DNA of 26,445 nucleotides from a virus: UHGV virus genome UHGV-0139945; one strand, 5' to 3'. Shown piece by piece: positions 1 to 8,544 of this stretch (position 1 is its first letter; each line of letters starts with the position of its first letter). The notes under the pieces were generated by a model. It saw only the letters and a program-made list of their open reading frames with translations, ran no database searches and was not told where the DNA came from. The position numbers and the translations under genes were made by a program.

Positions 1-1173
1 AGAAGCCACCGCCATTTTTAACCAGTTTCGGTACATTGGCCGGGTAATTGCTCCGATGAACCAGTCCTGGAGGATCAAATAACCATCTGTTGACTCAACC
101 AGCTCCTGACGCTGGGCACTGTATGTCCCATCGTAGTTTCTTGCTGTACTGGAGAAGCTGAGACGCGCCCCGGCAGCGACAGCGCGCAGTTGCCCATTTC
201 GGAATGTTTCAAGATTGGGATTTGGTCTGTCAGATTTGATCATCCCGATATCTTCACCGGGGAGCAGATCATCATAGATAATGCCGGGTTCAATCATCAC
301 TTCGCGATTGTCTTTACTGGCGTCACCATCAAGGCTTTGCCCGTCCCCTTTTTTAATGTACATCCCCAGTGCAGCTGCAATGCGTGCTGCCGTTAGCTCC
401 GCATCCTCGTATTCTTTCAGCGCACTGAGGCGCATGAGTACACCTGAAAGGAGAGATGTACCTCGGGTCTGATGAAGACGGCGGGTAAATTTGAGATGAA
501 GCATATTCCCGGCATCCACATCTTTTGTATCCAATTGACGGCCAGTAACAGGTAGACTTTTATAGACTAGGTACTTTTTAGGCCGCCCCCAGTTATCTAC
601 ATAAACTCCCTGACAAAGTTGCTGAGACTCATCATTAGTCATCGGCACAAAATCAGCTTCAAGCGCTTCAATCCAGAAAGGAATGCCAGCCACCGGCTCA
701 AGCCCCATAGCAGAGCCATTGACCATCTGAGCGAAAATTTCTCCATCCCTGAGCCAGCTCCTGAGCATCAACCGCTCAAGCATCGGGCGGGTAAACTGCC
801 CAGTAACCTCAGGGCTGACCGACCATTCAGCCCACTTAGTTCTGATTTGTTCAGCCAGTTTCTTCGCTATATTTCCGTTCTTCAGTACCGGGTGGGGCTC
901 AACAATAACCCCTTTAGCACCAACAACCCTTTCCTCAAGCTTATCGAATACACCAATAACGAGATCGTGGTTATTGTCCAGATAGCGCGCCTGTTCACGG
1001 AGGGATACAGCCCCCATCTGGCTTAGCTGATTAGCGGAACGGTTTTCCCTGCGGGCCTTGTGTGTTCGAGTGGGCTTAACCGCTTCATATGCCTGAATCA
1101 TCGCTCTCGAACGTAACCGTGCAGCTTTCCATCCAGGGGAAAAGACGCCAATTGCATCATCTAACAGGCTCAT
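1..1173 (-). CDS. Phage portal protein (lambda gpB-like), N-terminal part; gene continues past the window start
   Basis: Hand translation of the minus strand from ATG at 1173 stays open to position 1 (MSLLDDAIGVFSPGWKAARLRSRAMIQAYEAV...). ATGA overlap with the upstream gpW-like gene. Position after TerS-TerL-W matches lambda Nu1-A-W-B order. Not in the ORF track because it is open-ended. Confidence 0.65.
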   Translation of the reverse strand, partial: MSLLDDAIGVFSPGWKAARLRSRAMIQAYEAVKPTRTHKARRENRSANQLSQMGAVSLREQARYLDNNHDLVIGVFDKLEERVVGAKGVIVEPHPVLKNGNIAKKLAEQIRTKWAEWSVSPEVTGQFTRPMLERLMLRSWLRDGEIFAQMVNGSAMGLEPVAGIPFWIEALEADFVPMTNDESQQLCQGVYVDNWGRPKKYLVYKSLPVTGRQLDTKDVDAGNMLHLKFTRRLHQTRGTSLLSGVLMRLSALKEYEDAELTAARIAAALGMYIKKGDGQSLDGDASKDNREVMIEPGIIYDDLLPGEDIGMIKSDRPNPNLETFRNGQLRAVAAGARLSFSSTARNYDGTYSAQRQELVESTDGYLILQDWFIGAITRPMYRNWLKMAVAS

Positions 1174-1385
1174 GAAAACCTCGCGAGTTTATAACCGGGT
1201 CGCCGGTTACGCTGAGCCAGCAGGGAAGCAAGACGACGCTCCCATTCCTGACGCCCCTTGCGGATTTCGGACAGATTCTCCAGCGTCATCTGCTGTCCGT
1301 TGAATGTAACGGACTTCCCTTCCAGCACAGCTATTTCCGCATCGGTATAACGCTGGATAATGGATTCAATATCGGTTTGTTTCAC
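1170..1385 (-). CDS. Head-tail joining / head completion protein (gpW-like), 71 aa
   Basis: ORF-track ORF; small protein between terminase large subunit and portal; start overlaps TerL stop (1382-1385) and stop overlaps portal start. Confidence 0.6.
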   Translation of the reverse strand: MKQTDIESIIQRYTDAEIAVLEGKSVTFNGQQMTLENLSEIRKGRQEWERRLASLLAQRNRRPGYKLARFS

Positions 1386-3490
1386 ACCCAGCCTCCTGAT
1401 GATGTGGTCCAGGGATTGTTTTCAACGTCGGGCTTATTTGCCTTCCGTTTTTTCCTGTTATGGGTCGTTTTTGCTGGTAACGTGGATGACACTTCGCCAG
1501 TTTCCGACGTGCTTTCTTCGATCCACGTTGTCCGCTTCGCCCATTCAGGCGCATCCGGCCATTTGATCTTTTCGTACCCGTGCAATATGACCAGTGCATC
1601 GGCATAAACGAGCAGGTCGAAAGCTTCGTTAGGACCTCGGCCCGGTTTGCTCCATTTTCCATCGGGTGAACGCTCCTCATAGGTCAGCTCATCGTAGAAC
1701 CAGCTGCCGAGCCATTTCGGGAAATGCACATAGTTCGGGCCGGGTGATTCACGCCACAGGGCGTTATTAACCCGATCTTTCAGTGCATCGGTCTGGAGAA
1801 GGTAAAGCGGCACATCGCCGGCAGCCTTTGCCCGGCGGGTTGAGCGGTTCGTGTTATCAGGGAATGTGCTTGTGATAAGTTTTGAGCGTCGGACACTGTC
1901 ACCTTTGAAGAGGTAAATCCTTTTCCCCAGCCCATTCCGCTTGCATTTACGCCAGAACTTGTACGCGTTATCGGTGACACCATCCTCGCCGCCGGAATCG
2001 ACAGCCATCGCCATGAGCCGCATGTGTTTAGACGGGTCACTCGCTAAGGGCCATGCCTTTTCGAACACGTCAGACAGAAGTAAATCCCAGTCCTCCGGAT
2101 AACCCGCTGGATCAATGGGGTAACATTCACCGTGCTCGTTTGCCCGTAATGACTGGCGGATGTTGTAGCGATCGACCAGCCATCGCTCACCCTGCTCACC
2201 GTAGCCAGTCACCTGAACCACGAAACGACGGGATTTACCGCCCTGCACATCGACGGTTGCAGTCATAAACAGCACGCCATCTGGTACAGAGCGCTTTGGC
2301 ACGTCTTCGGCGCGTTGTTCCAGCAGTTCGCTTTTACGTTGTTCGAGACTGGCGCGGGGTAGATAAGGTCGACCAAAGTCGGTATTGACCACCGTTTTCA
2401 GCGTCTCTTCACTCTGTGTGGACTCGTATTCCTGCTCGGCAGTCAGGAATTTGTATATCATCTGCGCCCACGTCTGATATGCAGCTGCAGGCCCTTCCAT
2501 CCAGAATGAAGCGATGCGTGATCGACGCGGTTCACCAAATCTGTTGCCATCACGGTCTATTTTTTCCCCGTCGCGCAACCAGACATGGCGGATATTCAGT
2601 TCACGTTTCATATCCGCCGTGATCCTGCCCTTGCATGCCGGGCACTGGAGATAAGCAGACTCACTTGCCAGAACGGGATCAGGGGAATCCCGGTAGCCGG
2701 TCATATTAGCGACTTCCGGCTGAAAGTATTCTCCGCAATGCGGACAAGGCCAGTAAAGGCGGCGGCGGTCACCGCGATTAAACAACGATAATATGCCGGT
2801 AGTCGGCGGCGCTTCATGCGCAGTAGTTGGTCGCCATTTTGTGTCGCGGATGTCCCTGCCAGGCGAACTCTCTACCAGTGTCATCCCGCTGGACATAAAG
2901 GTAGTCGTACGCTTAGAACCCAGGGAAAAGGCATCACCCTCCCCGTCAATATCCTCAGGGAAGCGGTCATAGTCAGTCAGCGCTACGCTTTTGTAGTCTG
3001 ACGACGACATAATGTTTACTGACGGCCAGCCGAGTTTAAGGTAGTTCCCGGCGCGAAATGTACGGTCGTGGACGTTGTTGTCATTACGGCGCGGGCTAAG
3101 CCGTGATTTTACTTCCGGGCTGCACCGAAAAGTGCGGTCCAGGCGCTTCTTCGAGTGCTCGCGGGCTTTCTCTTCTGACACCTGAATAACCAGCATGTCG
3201 GCGGGATCACAAACAATGTTGTAGACAATCCAGCCATCAATCAGGCCGATCGTTTTGCCGGTTCGGGCTGGGCCGACAAACACCACGGCATCATATTCAC
3301 GGGATGCCAGGCAATTCATCGGCTCAATAATATAAGGCGCCAGATTGGGATCCCATGGTACGGAGTTACCCGCCCCCATCGGCACACGCATATATGAACT
3401 GACCGCATCGGCCACCAGCATACGCCGCGGGGCACGTAGAATACCGGAGACATCGCGGCGGATACCCCTTGCAGATGCCCGTTTTGCCAT
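1382..3490 (-). CDS. Terminase large subunit (lambda gpA-like), 702 aa
   Basis: 702-aa ORF with Walker-A-like VFVGPARTGKT and a Cys cluster CPHCGEY...CPAC as in GpA-family terminases; sits after the small subunit with a TGATG overlap at 3490. Confidence 0.88.
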   Translation of the reverse strand: MAKRASARGIRRDVSGILRAPRRMLVADAVSSYMRVPMGAGNSVPWDPNLAPYIIEPMNCLASREYDAVVFVGPARTGKTIGLIDGWIVYNIVCDPADMLVIQVSEEKAREHSKKRLDRTFRCSPEVKSRLSPRRNDNNVHDRTFRAGNYLKLGWPSVNIMSSSDYKSVALTDYDRFPEDIDGEGDAFSLGSKRTTTFMSSGMTLVESSPGRDIRDTKWRPTTAHEAPPTTGILSLFNRGDRRRLYWPCPHCGEYFQPEVANMTGYRDSPDPVLASESAYLQCPACKGRITADMKRELNIRHVWLRDGEKIDRDGNRFGEPRRSRIASFWMEGPAAAYQTWAQMIYKFLTAEQEYESTQSEETLKTVVNTDFGRPYLPRASLEQRKSELLEQRAEDVPKRSVPDGVLFMTATVDVQGGKSRRFVVQVTGYGEQGERWLVDRYNIRQSLRANEHGECYPIDPAGYPEDWDLLLSDVFEKAWPLASDPSKHMRLMAMAVDSGGEDGVTDNAYKFWRKCKRNGLGKRIYLFKGDSVRRSKLITSTFPDNTNRSTRRAKAAGDVPLYLLQTDALKDRVNNALWRESPGPNYVHFPKWLGSWFYDELTYEERSPDGKWSKPGRGPNEAFDLLVYADALVILHGYEKIKWPDAPEWAKRTTWIEESTSETGEVSSTLPAKTTHNRKKRKANKPDVENNPWTTSSGGWV

Positions 3491-3993
3491 CAGTCCTCCT
3501 CTGGCTCATCCTCCTCTGGTTCGGCGTCCATTACTTTTTGGGCGACCTGATCACGCAGGTCATCAATCACGCTTTGCACACGTGATACCGCAACCGGCGT
3601 AAGCGCACAGTCGCGTTCAAGAATGTCCGGGAGTGTTTCAAGCACCATAACAACGGCTTTCGCCATCAGTGAAAATTCTCTGGCAACGTCTTCGGCAGGA
3701 ATAAGCTGCTTTGTATCAACCTCATATTTCAGTCGCTCGTTCTCAGCCTTCCAGTGCGCGAGCCTGTCTGAGGGATCCATCTCTTCGACGCTTGCCGTTG
3801 AGACCACTGGAATCATCAGCTCACTCAAAATATCAGTGACGAGATAGAGTTTGAGCTTGCTATTACTGCCTGGTGCCGGAACAACGTTTTTCAGCCTGGC
3901 GGCTACCGTCTGACGGTGTACGCCTGTGATACCAGCGAGCTGGTTGATGTTTAGTTTTAAAGCAGCGATTTCCTGGTCCATGATGGTGAACAC
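3490..3993 (-). CDS. Terminase small subunit (Nu1-like)
   Basis: N-terminal HTH-like LKLNINQLAGITGVHRQTVAARLKN resembling lambda Nu1; acidic C-terminus; directly upstream of TerL and about 110 nt downstream of the cosN-like site. ORF-track start is GTG at 3993; ATG at 3981 is an alternative. Confidence 0.7.
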   Translation of the reverse strand: MFTIMDQEIAALKLNINQLAGITGVHRQTVAARLKNVVPAPGSNSKLKLYLVTDILSELMIPVVSTASVEEMDPSDRLAHWKAENERLKYEVDTKQLIPAEDVAREFSLMAKAVVMVLETLPDILERDCALTPVAVSRVQSVIDDLRDQVAQKVMDAEPEEDEPEED

Positions 3994-4093
3994 TTTTTGT
4001 ACAATTCGACATCATTGAAAACCCTACATCTGGATAATCAATAACCTGCGTACATGATGATGATGACTATGTAATTCGAAAACTAGCCGTTTT

Positions 4094-4113
4094 CCGCGAG
4101 TCCGCCGCCCCGT
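4094..4113 (-). other. cosN-like cohesive-end site
   Basis: Minus strand reads ACGGGGCGGCGGACTCGCGGAAAACGGCTA; the 12-mer GGGCGGCGGACT (complement of 4099-4110) matches the lambda cohesive end GGGCGGCGACCT (recalled) at about 10 of 12 positions and lies at the expected distance upstream of the Nu1-like gene. Confidence 0.45.
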
Positions 4114-4304
4114 GGTAGGCCCACCCACCGGGAGGACCCATTAAATGATAATGATTCTTGTTTGCATAAAGATGACCAAAATCAGCCATCATGGACGTTT
4201 AGACGTCTAAACCACCGAGTTCGCTCATACCGAAATCGTTAATGGTATTCATTCGCATTATCAAACTACCTCGCAACTGCGAAGGGCTCCTGTAATGCGT
4301 ACGT

Positions 4305-4490
4305 CTACAGTGCAGACGGGGACAACTCCCCTTCTTCAAACCATGCGTCTACAGCTCGCCCGTCTACTGCACGATAATGAATAAGGTACTGATTGGGGCC
4401 ATGCGTATATTCAGCACGAGCTTTGATATGCCCTTCTTCTTCACTGATACTGACGGTTACCACCTGACCAAGTTCATGTTTAAAGCTCAT
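4305..4490 (-). CDS. Hypothetical protein, 61 aa (right-end moron)
   Basis: ORF-track ORF; ATG at 4490 preceded by AGAGGT about 9 nt upstream; between the lysis/moron module and cos. Confidence 0.45.
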   Translation of the reverse strand: MSFKHELGQVVTVSISEEEGHIKARAEYTHGPNQYLIHYRAVDGRAVDAWFEEGELSPSAL

Positions 4491-4512
4491 CGGTTATTAC
4501 CTCTTTTTGCAT

Positions 4513-4539
4513 ATAAAAAAACCCCGCCGAAGCGAGGTT
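4513..4539 (-). terminator. Rho-independent terminator (minus strand), copy 1 of an identical 27-bp element
   Basis: Minus strand reads AACCTCGCTTCGGCGGGGTTTTTTTAT: 6-bp GC-rich stem (one G-U pair), UUCG tetraloop, U7 tract. Identical to 8545-8571. Confidence 0.55.
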
Positions 4540-4557
4540 CTCGTTTGACTGAAATGG

Positions 4558-4935
4558 CTATTTCTTGAGTGCCTCAGCATAAGCCTGAGCGCTCTTTTGT
4601 GATGACTCCATTATGTCATCAGTCAGCGTTTGCTGGCCCCATTTGGTGACCTTACCATTAACGAAAGTTATAACCAGTCGATCGTTAGCCAATTGTTCGT
4701 TATCAATGATTGTGTAGCCATAGAGAGCCTTATTCCAGTATATCCAGCGCTCACGTTCCTGGTTCACATCCGTCCTGCGTGGTGACCCCATGATCTGCAT
4801 GACGTCGTTTTTGTTCATTCCAAGAGATAAAAGCATTGATCTCTGGTTGTAATCTACTTTCTGGACTGTTGGTGCACATGCGGTAATTGTTAAAGCTGAA
4901 ACACCAATTAATGCTGCAAAAAGTAACTTTTTCAT
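4558..4935 (-). CDS. Lipoprotein, BamE/SmpA-OmlA-like fold (moron in the lambda bor position), 125 aa
   Basis: Start taken at internal ATG 4935 (MKKLLFAALIGVSALTITAC...) giving a signal peptide with lipobox-like ITAC; GGGGATAGGGAC precedes the ATG; LSLGMNKNDVMQIMGSPRR...WIYW...ITFVNGKVTKW resembles BamE-type domains (recollection). Confidence 0.65.
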   Translation of the reverse strand: MKKLLFAALIGVSALTITACAPTVQKVDYNQRSMLLSLGMNKNDVMQIMGSPRRTDVNQERERWIYWNKALYGYTIIDNEQLANDRLVITFVNGKVTKWGQQTLTDDIMESSQKSAQAYAEALKK

Positions 4936-5042
4936 GTCCCTATCCCCATCGGTTTGTTTGGGACAGATTAACAGGGGAAACAATAACACCGCAATTGAGC
5001 CCGGCATTATCGCAGGCACTCAGTGAATGCCTGCTGTAATGC

Positions 5043-5285
5043 CTACTGCTCTTTGGTAAATGACGTTACACCGAGTTCAGCAAGCTGATGCTTTACCGCA
5101 CCAATGCGTCGGCTAAGCTCACCAGTGACGCTACTGCGTACTGCATTAACAAAGGCATCATCCTGATAACGACTCTGAATCGTGACACCTAGCCCTTCCC
5201 CACGCGCGACGATTGCACGTTGTGCTTCGAGTTCCCTAAGCTGTTCGCATAAGATTGAAGCGGCGTTAACATTATTGATGTTCAT
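5043..5285 (-). CDS. Hypothetical protein, 80 aa
   Basis: ORF-track ORF; start overlaps the stop of the upstream o-spanin candidate (5282-5285); no recognisable motif. Confidence 0.45.
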   Translation of the reverse strand: MNINNVNAASILCEQLRELEAQRAIVARGEGLGVTIQSRYQDDAFVNAVRSSVTGELSRRIGAVKHQLAELGVTSFTKEQ

Positions 5286-5503
5286 TTGCTTGTACCTTGC
5301 GGGCAGTTCGCCAGCACTGATTTGTTATGCGTCAGAATGTCGCGCTTCGTCTGACGGTCGAGAACGTCAATATCGTGGTCAGTCAGATAGATGATCCGCA
5401 CCCAACTACATGCGGTATCAACCACCACTGGAGCGGGTGAAGTGCTCGCGCAGCTCGCGATCAACATCGTCATCAGGCATATGGCTAACAGTCTGCTGTA
5501 CAT
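5282..5503 (-). CDS. Putative o-spanin (Rz1-like outer-membrane lipoprotein), 73 aa
   Basis: Internal ATG at 5503 preceded by AAGAGG; product MYSRLLAICLMTMLIASCAS... has a signal peptide plus lipobox (IASC) and Pro-rich mature part; begins inside the i-spanin candidate in another frame. Confidence 0.5.
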   Translation of the reverse strand: MYSRLLAICLMTMLIASCASTSPAPVVVDTACSWVRIIYLTDHDIDVLDRQTKRDILTHNKSVLANCPQGTSK

Positions 5504-5693
5504 TGCTGGCCTCTTTCGTGACTTCCGCTTTACGTTCTGCTGCGGCAACGATGGCTGCTGCATTCTCTTTGGTTCGCTGCTGTTCGGCTTTGGCTTCCGC
5601 CTTGCTGGTCCCGCGGACATGGCCTAACCCAAATGCGCCAGCGATTAAGCCAAGCAGAACGACTACCAGCCCGCTTATAAATTCAAGGCTCAT
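5418..5693 (-). CDS. Putative i-spanin (Rz-like), 91 aa
   Basis: N-terminal transmembrane segment (ISGLVVVLLGLIAGAFGL) followed by a charged, Ala/Lys/Glu-rich segment; ATGA overlap with the upstream membrane protein gene; overlapped by the lipoprotein ORF. Confidence 0.5.
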   Translation of the reverse strand: MSLEFISGLVVVLLGLIAGAFGLGHVRGTSKAEAKAEQQRTKENAAAIVAAAERKAEVTKEASNVQQTVSHMPDDDVDRELREHFTRSSGG

Positions 5694-6034
5694 TGTGCCT
5701 CCTGCTGCTCATCGGCTTTTTCTTTCAGCTTTGGCTGTCTGACGTACTGAGAAAGGATGGCGAGAACTACCAGTGCGGGGCTAATCATCGCAACAACGTT
5801 GGGCGGCAGAATACCTTTGATATCCGGCGGCAGTATTGCCCAGGCATGAAGAGCAGCATCCGGGAATGATTGAGCCCATACACCGACCAACGCGCCGGCA
5901 GCGCCCAGGCGGACAGACCATGTTTTTAGCAGCAATCGGGCATGCCCAACGAACTCCAGCCGGGTATATTTGCGCAGTAACAACAGAACGAGCAAGGCCA
6001 CCAGCGCCAGCAGAGCGAAAATAATCATCTTCAT
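5690..6034 (-). CDS. Lysis-cassette membrane protein (LysA / antiholin-like), 114 aa
   Basis: Two to three hydrophobic segments (MKMIIFALLALVALLVLLLL..., VVAMISPALVVLAILS); ATGA overlaps with endolysin stop (6031-6034) and i-spanin start (5690-5693). Confidence 0.5.
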   Translation of the reverse strand: MKMIIFALLALVALLVLLLLRKYTRLEFVGHARLLLKTWSVRLGAAGALVGVWAQSFPDAALHAWAILPPDIKGILPPNVVAMISPALVVLAILSQYVRQPKLKEKADEQQEAQ

Positions 6035-6573
6035 AGGCTCACCCGCTCTTTAACCCAGCCGTACAGGAACGCCTCGTTTGCAGGCCTCGCTTCGGTTAGC
6101 TCCAGATAGCGAGCACCCTGGCTGCAATTCAGCGCTTTTAGCAATGTGGTTTCGCCATCTTTGCCGCGAACAGCAAGGTAACTCTTCAGAGCGGCGATGG
6201 TGATATTGCCAATTACACCGTCCGGTTTAAGGTCTGGATATAGCTTGTCCTGCATATTCAATGCCGTTAACCAGCGCTGCAAGAATGTACTAGCGACGCG
6301 CGGCCCCATATTTACACCGGTATCACACAACTCCTGTGCAATGGTAGGTGACAGTTCGGCGATGCGGTCGAACTTCGGTTCAGTCCAGTATTGCGACAGG
6401 TAAATGGCTTTGGCTGTTTCCCGAGGTAACGCTTTCATATCGCCGCTATAACCGTATGCGCAGGCGGTGATCTGCGTGATACCCCAACGCGTAGGACCGC
6501 CTTTGTCATTCGGGTTATTTACGTAACCCCCTTCTTTACCGAGGATCCCCTCAATGATTTGATCTGCTGTCAT
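6031..6573 (-). CDS. Endolysin, GH108-type N-acetylmuramidase with peptidoglycan-binding domain, 180 aa
   Basis: N-terminus MTADQIIEGILGKEGGYVNNPNDKGGPTRWGITQ is the hallmark of GH108-family lysozymes (recollection); sits between holin and spanins. Confidence 0.8.
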   Translation of the reverse strand: MTADQIIEGILGKEGGYVNNPNDKGGPTRWGITQITACAYGYSGDMKALPRETAKAIYLSQYWTEPKFDRIAELSPTIAQELCDTGVNMGPRVASTFLQRWLTALNMQDKLYPDLKPDGVIGNITIAALKSYLAVRGKDGETTLLKALNCSQGARYLELTEARPANEAFLYGWVKERVSL

Positions 6574-6575
6574 TG

Positions 6576-6929
6576 TTAAGCCTTTTTATCTCCGCCGCCG
6601 ATACCAAACCGGCTGCCTAAATATTTCATTGCGAATGCCCTGAGGGTGTCCACACCAATAAGTCCAATACCGCCACCGATAGTCACAGAGAGTGTTTTAG
6701 GCAATCCGAGATACTCCAGCGCGGATGAACATGTCAGCGTCAGAGCACCACAGAGTAGAATTTCGAGAGTTTTCTTCTTCCAGCCGCCACCGCCGCCAAA
6801 ATAAGCAATACGCAGCCCAGCCATAAGCAAAGAAAACAATACTGCGCCCAGCGGCGTATCTCCGCGCCACCAGCTCTGCAGCAACTCCAGCAAATCAGGC
6901 CAGTTGCTCGGGTTATTGGGCATTTTCAT
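6576..6929 (-). CDS. Holin, lambda S-like, 117 aa
   Basis: Starts MKMPNN (Met-Lys-Met dual-start motif as in lambda S); hydrophobic helices separated by Gly-rich turns; charged C-terminus; immediately upstream of the endolysin. Confidence 0.8.
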   Translation of the reverse strand: MKMPNNPSNWPDLLELLQSWWRGDTPLGAVLFSLLMAGLRIAYFGGGGGWKKKTLEILLCGALTLTCSSALEYLGLPKTLSVTIGGGIGLIGVDTLRAFAMKYLGSRFGIGGGDKKA

Positions 6930-7070
6930 AGTCTCTCACCTCGCAGGGTTGCGGGTGTTAGTGTGATGGGTTCAGGCTTCAGGGCTACTCTGTTAAGTGG
7001 CAATGTCAAAGGTGAATCCCTGAGCCTGAAAGTGATGGCCACCACAGCAACGCTTAGCCGCAGTAAACCG

Positions 7071-8123
7071 TTATATTTCTATTAACCTTCTGATTTCTTC
7101 AGATGTCTGAATAAATCTTTCCGCCTCCAGCTCAACACCAATGGCGCGACGGCCTGATTTAATCGCTTCCTTTATCGTAGAACCGGATCCCATGAAAAAG
7201 TCAGCGATCAGTTCACCTGGCCGGCTGCTGGCTGTAATGATCTGCTGCAGCATATCGGCAGGTTTTTCACATGGATGTTTGCCTGGATAAAACTGAACTG
7301 GTTTATGCGTCCAGACGTCGGTATATGGCACCGTGACGGAGACACTAAACGGTCTTCGCAGACGCTGATATTCCTGCTGAAGTTCGGAGTATTTTCGATT
7401 AAGGGATTGCCAAGTAGCGACCAATTGGTGATGGGGTTTCCCGAGTTCGTTGCGCGAATGCTTGTCCAGGGCTATTTGCTGAAATAAAGCCTGCAGCTTC
7501 AGATAATCGGTTTCGTTCGGTAGTTGCCACTGGCTAAGGCCAAACCAATGGGAAACCATATTTTTCTTGCCTGTTGCGGCAGCAATTTGAGCTGAAGTTA
7601 CCCCAAGGGAATCCCTAGCGGCGCGGAAATATGTAATTAACGGGGTCATGACATGCTGCTTTAACTCGTTGCATTTAACAGCAAAGCCATCATCTTTTGG
7701 TTTGTATGGCCCCTGATAATGATCGGCGAAAATTATGCGTTCTGTCGCCGGGAAGTATGAACGGAGGCTCTCTTTATTACACCCGTTCCAGCGTCCGGAA
7801 GGTTTAGCCCAGACGATATGGTTAAGCAGATTAAACCGCTCACGGACGAGAAGCTCTATATCTGATGCCAGACGGTGACCACAAAACAGATACATACTGC
7901 CAGATGGCTTTAATACCCTCCAGAATTGCACCAGGCAGCTGTCAAGCCAACGTAAATAATCCTCATCCCCTTTCCACTGGTTGTCCCAACCGTTCGGCTT
8001 CACCTTAAAATACGGCGGATCCGTAACTATGAGATCTATGGAGTTATCGGGGATGGACGGGAGATATTGCAGGCAGTCAGAGTTGATCAACTCAACACTG
8101 GATATTTTTACAGTATTTTTCAT
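7071..8123 (-). CDS. DNA methyltransferase, beta-class (N6-adenine or N4-cytosine), 350 aa
   Basis: DPPY motif near the N-terminus (LIVTDPPYF) and AdoMet motif I near the C-terminus (ADFFMGSGST) give motif order IV...I; HTH-like insert (LGVTSAQIAAATG). Confidence 0.85.
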   Translation of the reverse strand: MKNTVKISSVELINSDCLQYLPSIPDNSIDLIVTDPPYFKVKPNGWDNQWKGDEDYLRWLDSCLVQFWRVLKPSGSMYLFCGHRLASDIELLVRERFNLLNHIVWAKPSGRWNGCNKESLRSYFPATERIIFADHYQGPYKPKDDGFAVKCNELKQHVMTPLITYFRAARDSLGVTSAQIAAATGKKNMVSHWFGLSQWQLPNETDYLKLQALFQQIALDKHSRNELGKPHHQLVATWQSLNRKYSELQQEYQRLRRPFSVSVTVPYTDVWTHKPVQFYPGKHPCEKPADMLQQIITASSRPGELIADFFMGSGSTIKEAIKSGRRAIGVELEAERFIQTSEEIRRLIEI

Positions 8124-8272
8124 AGATCAGTAAGCGTAACTCATGATAGGCTCACTTTGCTTTTGCGCTAAAGCAGTGGGCCTAGGTTCGCTTGTGACCA
8201 TGTACATGAGCGAATGGCTGGCCGGGTGCTACAACACCCACCAGCCGCCCATTTTCACAGCAGAAAGCCTCT

Positions 8273-8467
8273 CTACTCAGGGAGGCGCTTATAACATCCG
8301 AATTGATAATCCGATAAACCTGCCATTACCAGCTGCGTTAAAATTAACTGGCAGCGTTCGCGCGTTAGATGCGTGTTCTGCGCAATCTCCCCGGCCGTAG
8401 CTGGTTCATCACTTAACTCATTAAAAACAGCGCGCGCCACCTCTGTCATATCATCTTGATTTAGCAT
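8273..8467 (-). CDS. Hypothetical small protein, possible winged-helix, 64 aa
   Basis: ORF-track ORF; AGGAAA precedes the ATG at 8467; AGEIAQNTHLTRERCQLILTQLVMAGL is HTH-like; first gene after the tR'-like terminator. Confidence 0.4.
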   Translation of the reverse strand: MLNQDDMTEVARAVFNELSDEPATAGEIAQNTHLTRERCQLILTQLVMAGLSDYQFGCYKRLPE

Positions 8468-8544
8468 GTCTTTTTCCTGTTTAAACGGTATGACATACAG
8501 ATAACTCTGGTTGCGAACCCCATCAAGAAGTTATTGCAGAAGGC

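Noticed and set aside
190-1026. Plus-strand track ORFs 190-396, 281-472 and 619-1026
   Set aside because: They lie antisense to or out of frame with the open minus-strand portal reading frame that continues from 1173 to the window edge, and have no RBS or recognisable motifs.
3994-4300. Additional protein-coding gene between TerS and the 61-aa ORF
   Set aside because: No ORF with an RBS; the region contains the cosN-like site and AT-rich sequence consistent with cosB-type binding sites.
8143-8400. 85-aa plus-strand ORF between the MTase and the tR'-like terminator
   Set aside because: Opposite strand to the late operon and overlapping the 64-aa minus-strand ORF that has an RBS; no motif.
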